64,000 bases of DNA, taken from NCBI GenBank assembly GCA_963707635.1, contig OY970173.1, positions 896,001 through 960,000 of the forward strand, in the 5' to 3' direction. Of this stretch, positions 58,338 to 64,000 are shown one piece after another. Numbering within the stretch: position 1 is the first letter of the stretch; every line of letters begins with the position of its first letter. Both the position numbers and the translations under genes were made by a program. Under the pieces are notes generated by a model. It was not told the origin of the DNA and made no database searches. It saw only the letters and a list, made by a program, of their open reading frames with translations. This DNA comes from Candidatus Latescibacterota bacterium. GTDB lineage: Bacteria; Krumholzibacteriota; Krumholzibacteriia; WVZY01; JAKEHA01.

Positions 58338-60773
58338 CTATTTCAGCAGATTCACCTTCGTCCGCAGCAGGCCATCCGGCGCGCGCAACTCGGCCAGGTA
58401 CACACCCGAAGCAACCGGTCGTCCGCGATGATCGAGGCCCGCCCACTCGTAGGTGTGAACACCCGCGCCCAGCGTGCCGTCGTGCACTGTCGCCACGTAG
58501 CTCCCGTCGACCGCATAGATCTTCAATGACACGCGCCCGCTGCGCGCGAGGTCGAACGCCAGCGTCGTGCGCGGGTTGAACGGATTCGGGTAGGCCGGTC
58601 GCAGCACGGTTCTCGCCGACTGCGGTGCCGAGTCGACCGGTGTTGCCTTCGGCCGTCGATCGAGCAGCACGATCAAGGGAATGCCCGCGAATCGCCCCGA
58701 AAGCACGGCATCCTGAATCGGGCCGGGATTCACCGTGTTCTGCGCGATGACTTCGATCAGGTCCGCCTTTGTGAGCGGCAGCGCCAACGCTCCGTTTGTC
58801 ATCGCGGGACCGCCGGGAATCGTCACATCCATCTCGTAGCCGAGGTCGATCCACATCGACCACGGCTGATCGGGGTACTGGAGCAGCTGGTAACCGACAC
58901 CGATCGGCCAGTCCGGCAACACCGCGATCGGTATCGTCGAGCTGGAGTGCATGAACTCCGCCACCTTCTTTCCCGCTTTCTTCAAGACCACGCGGAAATC
59001 GGGGGACTGACTGGGGCCGGGTGTCTTCAGCACGCTCACCACGGATCCGTTTGAGTTCATATGGATCGACATGCGTTGGATCGGCCCGGGTTGACTGGTG
59101 ATGAAGTCCCAGTCCGTCTGCCCCATGGTCGCGCTCGGAGGCCCCAGCGGTGCCCACTCGACGCCGAACTGGTCGGGGGGAGTCCCGGCTGGCAGGATGC
59201 ACGGTTGAAAATCGACGCCATCATTACCGCTCGCGTCGATGTCGCTGATGACGAGGCCGTCGTAGCATTTCTTGCCGTAGGCGCCGCCCCGCAGTGCCAC
59301 GTCCATTCCGATGGAACCTTGCGTGAACCGGAACGCGTTGACTTCCGCTCCCACGTTCGACAAACCGCCCACGCCGCTCAAGTTGGTGCGATCGATGATG
59401 GCAAAGAACCTGTGCCTCCTCGGCGCGTTCGAGTGCATCTTGATGGTCTTCCCCGTGACCATGCCCACGCCCGGCAGGTTGACCGGCACGGGCGTCGCAT
59501 AGCCGAGCACGAGGGCGAGGCCATCGATGTCTTCCACGCCGGTCTCTGTCGGCCAGTAGTCGGTCATGACGGCGAACGAACCCGTCATGGAGGGATTGAC
59601 TCCCAGGAGATTCCCGGATGCGTCGAAAATCTCCACGCGCGCGTCAGGCGAACCCGAACCGTTGAAGTTGGGGGTCACGCTCCACTGCGATCCGTTGAAG
59701 TTCGACGACACCTTTCCGACTTCGCCCTGGCCGCCGGCGAGGAGCTCCGCCATTACCGAAACCTCGTCCAGGTCTCCGGTGACGAAGCCGTCCTTGAGGT
59801 CCCAGATCAGGATCTCGCCCGTCTGCGACGGATGCATGTCGAACTGAAGCCCGCCGAGAACACCGGGGGGAAGGGCGATGTCGACCCCGCGGTGGTGGGT
59901 AAGCGGCGCGGCGCTCGTCGAGAGCGTCGGCGCCCCGCCGGTGTGGCTGTGGATCGTCGCCCCGCCCGAGCCGCGGTGCAGGCGCCAGAACTGTTGCTGC
60001 GCGAGGTCGTCAACGCTCATTGTATAGGGCGCAGACGCAGCCGGTACCGTGACCAGCACGTCGATGGAGTTTACCGACACGAGTCCGGCCCACCCCGCGG
60101 GGTACACGCGCAATTCGTCGCCCGTCACGATCGGGCCGCCGCTGCCGATCGACATGGTCACGTTCATGTCCCAGCGCAGGTGAAGACCGTCCGAGAGCGC
60201 GAAGGGCGCGGACGCGGGAAGCAGGAAGGGGTCGGGCAGCGGCGCGATCACACCCTCGAGATCCACCAGAAACCGGGAAGGAAAACCGGTGGCCATGATG
60301 TCACCGGACGTGCCGTCGATTTCGGCGACCGGAACGCCGTCGTTCCACACCTCCGCGCGGTAAATCGAGGGACCGGTCGGCGTGAAGTCGGGATGAACGA
60401 CGACCCCGCCCGCATTCCGCATCACTCGCCAGCACGGCTCAATCGACGCGGCGTCGTGCACGATGAAATTCATCTCGCCCCCGACCGGAAAACTCGCCGC
60501 TTCGTCGGAAAAACCGACGAGCCCGCCGCTTCCGCCACCGATCTGCATGCTGAAGCCACTGCTGTTGAAGCTGAGGTTGCCGACGTAGAGACGATTGCCC
60601 GTTATCGACGCGTTGCCGCCCAGGAGGGCGGGGCCGACCGACAGAGTTGCTCCACCCAGCGGCAACACCTCGGTGCCGAGAAAGACCACCGAGCCGCCGG
60701 CTTGAGCGAATGAGAACGTCGGGAAGACGACCGGGAGTACGAGGGCGAGGAACAGGGAGAAGCGCACGGGCAT
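58338..60773 (-). CDS. Secreted protein with three diverged beta-rich repeats and C-terminal FlgD-Ig/T9SS-like domain
   Basis: AGGAGG RBS; signal peptide ending SFA-Q; YPNPFNP...WAGLD...SGVY...KVNLLK. Confidence 0.85.
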   Translation of the reverse strand: MPVRFSLFLALVLPVVFPTFSFAQAGGSVVFLGTEVLPLGGATLSVGPALLGGNASITGNRLYVGNLSFNSSGFSMQIGGGSGGLVGFSDEAASFPVGGEMNFIVHDAASIEPCWRVMRNAGGVVVHPDFTPTGPSIYRAEVWNDGVPVAEIDGTSGDIMATGFPSRFLVDLEGVIAPLPDPFLLPASAPFALSDGLHLRWDMNVTMSIGSGGPIVTGDELRVYPAGWAGLVSVNSIDVLVTVPAASAPYTMSVDDLAQQQFWRLHRGSGGATIHSHTGGAPTLSTSAAPLTHHRGVDIALPPGVLGGLQFDMHPSQTGEILIWDLKDGFVTGDLDEVSVMAELLAGGQGEVGKVSSNFNGSQWSVTPNFNGSGSPDARVEIFDASGNLLGVNPSMTGSFAVMTDYWPTETGVEDIDGLALVLGYATPVPVNLPGVGMVTGKTIKMHSNAPRRHRFFAIIDRTNLSGVGGLSNVGAEVNAFRFTQGSIGMDVALRGGAYGKKCYDGLVISDIDASGNDGVDFQPCILPAGTPPDQFGVEWAPLGPPSATMGQTDWDFITSQPGPIQRMSIHMNSNGSVVSVLKTPGPSQSPDFRVVLKKAGKKVAEFMHSSSTIPIAVLPDWPIGVGYQLLQYPDQPWSMWIDLGYEMDVTIPGGPAMTNGALALPLTKADLIEVIAQNTVNPGPIQDAVLSGRFAGIPLIVLLDRRPKATPVDSAPQSARTVLRPAYPNPFNPRTTLAFDLARSGRVSLKIYAVDGSYVATVHDGTLGAGVHTYEWAGLDHRGRPVASGVYLAELRAPDGLLRTKVNLLK

Positions 60774-60934
60774 GGCGACCCTCCTCGGGCGGTAAGGGGA
60801 GCCGCCTGTGTCGTCGAGATGGCGTGCGTCGAGACCCCGGCGGCCGTAGAGGTTCTCGTTAACGGTAGATAGTACCATATTGCTTCGGCCGCAGAGCAAT
60901 CGCGTCCCTCATTTTGTGATATAAGAAGAGCTTC

Positions 60935-62179
60935 ATGCGCCCCCTCACCTCCGCTGTTCTCGTCACCGTGTTGGTTGCGCACGCTGCGTTCGCTTGTGCC
61001 GGCGCCCCGCAGGGCGGCGCGGCCGTCGCGGAGAAGGTCGACTCGAGCGTTGCTCCGAGCGACACCGTTGCGCAGCAGGATGCGATCGACGTCTTGCGGC
61101 AATGGCTGCACCGCCCCGTCCAGACCGAGGTCAAGGGAACCATTCCGTTCGGCCTCGACTGGAGCCTTCTTCCGACCGTGAGCTATAACCCCGTGTACGG
61201 TGTCGCGGTCGGGGCGATGCTCTCCGGCGCAGGGCGGTTGGGGTCGAAGACCATGCGCTTCTCCCAGCTCGCGGTCTCCGCGAACTACTCGTCGGAGGGG
61301 CAGTTTCAGGCGCAGGTTCGAGGCGACGTCTATGGTGGGAACGGTAACGGCCTCATGAAGGCAGACTTTCGCTACCTCGATACCACCCGCTCCACGTGGG
61401 GACTGGGGCCCATGGAGCCGGATCAGGAAGAGTACCCGATGGAGTTCAATCTCACGCGCGCGTACGCGACGTTCTTTCGCCGCGTGAGCGGGCCCGTGTT
61501 CATCGGCCTCGGCTACCACTTCGACGAGTTTCAGGACATCGTCGACACGCGCGCCGCCGCGGGCGATTCCACGCCGTTTACGGACTACAGTGGCGGGGCC
61601 CCGGGACACACGATTGCCTCGGGTATGTCGATCAACGTCCTCGCGGACACGCGCGACAATCTGGTCAATCCTTCCGCGGGCTACTACTTGAGCTGGAGTT
61701 TTAGAAACTATCTGAAGGATCTGGGTGCGGACCAGAACTGGCAGGAGCTCTGGGTCGAGATGCGGGTCTATCCGCACGTTCCCAAGCGGAGCCAGAACGT
61801 GCTCGCCTTCTGGCTCTACGGGTGGATGACGTTCGGACCGGGGCCGTACCTCAATCTGCCTTCGGACGGATGGGACACCTACGGGCGCGGGGCGCGTGGA
61901 TATCTCCAGGGACGGATTCGAGGAGCGAGCCAGCTGTATTTCGAGAGTGAGTATCGTTTTTCACTTACGCCCAGCGGGCTGCTCGGCGGCGTGGTGTTCT
62001 ACAACATAACGACCACGACCCAGCCCGAGGAACAGTCGTTCGGCCGGCCGGACGGTGCCCTGGGGGTGGGACTGCGCCTCAAGTTCAACAAGCACACCGA
62101 CACCAATCTCACCATCGACCACGGGTGGGGTCGCGAGGGGTCGCGCGGGTTCTTTCTCGGGATGTCGGAAGTGTTCTAG
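60935..62179 (+). CDS. BamA/TamA (Omp85)-type outer membrane beta-barrel without POTRA domains
   Basis: Signal peptide; DTRDNLVNPSAG, ARGYLQGRIRG, EYRF, GVGLR, terminal F. Confidence 0.85.
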   Translation: MRPLTSAVLVTVLVAHAAFACAGAPQGGAAVAEKVDSSVAPSDTVAQQDAIDVLRQWLHRPVQTEVKGTIPFGLDWSLLPTVSYNPVYGVAVGAMLSGAGRLGSKTMRFSQLAVSANYSSEGQFQAQVRGDVYGGNGNGLMKADFRYLDTTRSTWGLGPMEPDQEEYPMEFNLTRAYATFFRRVSGPVFIGLGYHFDEFQDIVDTRAAAGDSTPFTDYSGGAPGHTIASGMSINVLADTRDNLVNPSAGYYLSWSFRNYLKDLGADQNWQELWVEMRVYPHVPKRSQNVLAFWLYGWMTFGPGPYLNLPSDGWDTYGRGARGYLQGRIRGASQLYFESEYRFSLTPSGLLGGVVFYNITTTTQPEEQSFGRPDGALGVGLRLKFNKHTDTNLTIDHGWGREGSRGFFLGMSEVF

Positions 62180-62484
62180 CTGGACGCGTGGCGGGACTTG
62201 CCAGCCTTCACCAGGCGGTATCCCTCGAGGGCGAGAGGCACCAGCGACACCGCGCGGCGAATCCAGCTCCGGGCCGCAAGGGGCGCGAGCACCAGGAACG
62301 CGCCGGCAGCGCCGACGAGCAGTCGATGACGGTTCAGGCGGCGCGCGGTCGCTACCACGGTGTCGACGATGGCGAGCTTGCGCTCGAGCCCTCCGAATAT
62401 CGCCGCCAGCTCGGCTCGCTCCTGGTCCGAGCGCTGAACCAGCGCTTGCCGCCGCTCCGCCAGCGTGTTCGTCTCGCCACTCAT
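62176..62484 (-). CDS. YqjK-like protein
   Basis: LAERRQALVQRSDQERAELA; third gene of a YqjD-E-K-like cluster. Confidence 0.7.
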   Translation of the reverse strand: MSGETNTLAERRQALVQRSDQERAELAAIFGGLERKLAIVDTVVATARRLNRHRLLVGAAGAFLVLAPLAARSWIRRAVSLVPLALEGYRLVKAGKSRHASS

Positions 62485-62876
62485 CGTCCCCTCCGCAGGT
62501 GCTCCCGGTCTTTTTCCAACTCGTGCAGCGTGGCATCGAAGGGCCGCGGCTTCGCGCGCAAGATCTTGCGAATGGAGCGATATCCGACTGCTGCAACAAT
62601 CAAGAACAAGAGCGCCATTCCCGCCGCCGTTAGCGAGCGATACGCCGGAGGCGCGAGCATGAGAATCATGGCGCCGAGAAAGGTCGCGCCGATCATCGCC
62701 GAGAAAACGGCGACGAGGGTCCACACCAGCACCCCGACCAGGCGCGTCAGTTCTTCTTCGAGTTCGGTGGTGAGAAGCTCGGTGCGATTGTGCAGGATCG
62801 CCAGGATCGTATCGAGCAGCGCGCGGAGGGAGTCAAAGATCCCGCGGGGTGGATCGTCGTGCGGATGGTCGTCCAT
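62481..62876 (-). CDS. YqjE-like (holin-X family) membrane protein
   Basis: RTELLTTELEEE, two TMs, PFDATLHELEKD. Confidence 0.8.
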   Translation of the reverse strand: MDDHPHDDPPRGIFDSLRALLDTILAILHNRTELLTTELEEELTRLVGVLVWTLVAVFSAMIGATFLGAMILMLAPPAYRSLTAAGMALLFLIVAAVGYRSIRKILRAKPRPFDATLHELEKDREHLRRGR

Positions 62877-62894
62877 GTGCATATCCCTCGGTGA

Positions 62895-63224
62895 TCAGCG
62901 CCGCCGGCCGAGCTGACCCAGCAGGTAGCCGATCCCGACCGCGACCGCGACGGCGGTCCAGGGATTTTCGCGAACATAGATATCAGTAGAACGCGCGGCC
63001 GACCGGGCGCGCGCACCGACCTCGGCGCCGGCGTTGTGCATGCGCTCTCGTGCGCCGCCCAGTGTTTCCTCGGCGCGGGCGCGGATCTCGCTGATCTTTT
63101 CGCCGGCCTGGCCCTCCGTCGCGCGCAGAAGCGCCTCGGCGTCGTGGATGACGGCCTTCAGGTCAGCGAGAAGATCATCCGTCGTCACCCGTTCCTTCGC
63201 GCCATCTGCCATTCCTGTCGGCAT
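62895..63224 (-). CDS. YqjD/ElaB (DUF883) family protein
   Basis: DLKAVIHDAEALL, YVRENPWTAVAVAVGIGYLLG. Confidence 0.9.
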   Translation of the reverse strand: MPTGMADGAKERVTTDDLLADLKAVIHDAEALLRATEGQAGEKISEIRARAEETLGGARERMHNAGAEVGARARSAARSTDIYVRENPWTAVAVAVGIGYLLGQLGRRR

Positions 63225-63380
63225 GATCGTCTCCTTGCAGAAACACAACGTGTCGCAAATATCCGAAAAAGCGGTCTCATTATAGATACCATTTACGCTC
63301 GCGGTTGTCTAGAATGAGCGGGTTCACTGCGGAACAAGTGCATCCTGATGTTTCGCCACGGGACGGTCGGAGTTTTTCCA

Positions 63381-64000
63381 ATGAAGAACCAAATCCGCCA
63401 GTTTACCGTCGCGACCTGCGGCACCATCAGTGTCGCCGCTCTTCTGCTCGGCGGAACCTACACGTACGCCAGGCGCACGTTCTTCGACCCCGACGTCTTC
63501 GCGACCCGCGTGGCCGACGGGCTCGCGCAGCCCGAGCTCGCGGCCCCGGTGGCGGGGCTCCTTGCCGACCAGATCATCGCCGCGCGTCACGACCTGCTGG
63601 CCTATCGGCCCATCATCGTCGGCTCCGTGGAGCGTGTGGTGGCGTCCCCGCCGTTTCGGGCAGTTATCAAGAAAGCAGTCAGGGAGACACACGAAACCAT
63701 TCTCTCGAGCACGGGAAAGACCATCGCGCTTACGGTGAATGACGCCGGGGTCATGGTCCGCAACGCGCTCGCCAGTAACCCCGAGATCGCCGCAAAGGTG
63801 CCGTCGAAGGTGCGCGCGGTCATCGGCAACGAAAGCGACTGGCCGTCAGGAAAGTACCTCGCCCGGGTGATGCAGATCGGGAGCCGTGCCCGCACACGTT
63901 CCCTTTTCCTGCTCGGCTTGAGCCTCACCACCGGTGTGTTGGCGGTGGGACTTGCACGGCGCAAGGAGAGGTACCTCGTGCGCTACGGCCTTGCGATGGC
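63381..64000 (+). CDS. Hypothetical membrane protein (3' end runs off window)
   Basis: Read manually: MKNQIRQFTVATCGTISVAALLLGG...FDPDVFATRV..., open to window end. Confidence 0.7.
   Translation, partial: MKNQIRQFTVATCGTISVAALLLGGTYTYARRTFFDPDVFATRVADGLAQPELAAPVAGLLADQIIAARHDLLAYRPIIVGSVERVVASPPFRAVIKKAVRETHETILSSTGKTIALTVNDAGVMVRNALASNPEIAAKVPSKVRAVIGNESDWPSGKYLARVMQIGSRARTRSLFLLGLSLTTGVLAVGLARRKERYLVRYGLAM

Noticed and set aside
62481..62876. Prophage lysis gene (holin family label)
   Set aside because: Sits in the chromosomal YqjD-YqjE-YqjK-like arrangement with no phage genes nearby

Overview
A GC-rich, mostly chromosomal bacterial window. The FlgD/T9SS-like C-terminal domains and C-terminal WGxxKALY tails suggest an FCB-group lineage such as Krumholzibacteriota, Latescibacterota or Eisenbacteria; this is inference only. 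Housekeeping genes include queD-queC-DUF366-queE, HU, ltaE, rsmI, tmk, an S41 protease, dusB, larBC, pgeF, tkt, lemA-htpX, UPF0182 and YqjD/E/K-like genes. Accessory modules include three tandem secreted DQFG-repeat paralogs with conserved flanking hairpins and a TPR-CHAT protease/ECF sigma/zinc anti-sigma triad. There is also a sigma54-type operon (lipoyl-less GcvH-like, HybA/HybB-like, two-component system, archaemetzincin), a BlaI/BlaR1-TPR pair, a duplicated RRM gene with a conserved structured leader, and several large secreted proteins. Highlights are a short C-terminal tag shared by unrelated secreted proteins, a secreted repeat protein carrying short motifs that resemble unrelated families, several candidate structured RNAs, a dispersed AGCGGGTGGCG hairpin family, two internally deleted gene relics and four single-base frameshifts (probably assembly errors). 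No rRNA, tRNA, CRISPR array, integrase or transposase was seen. All family calls come from motif recognition by eye, not from database searches.
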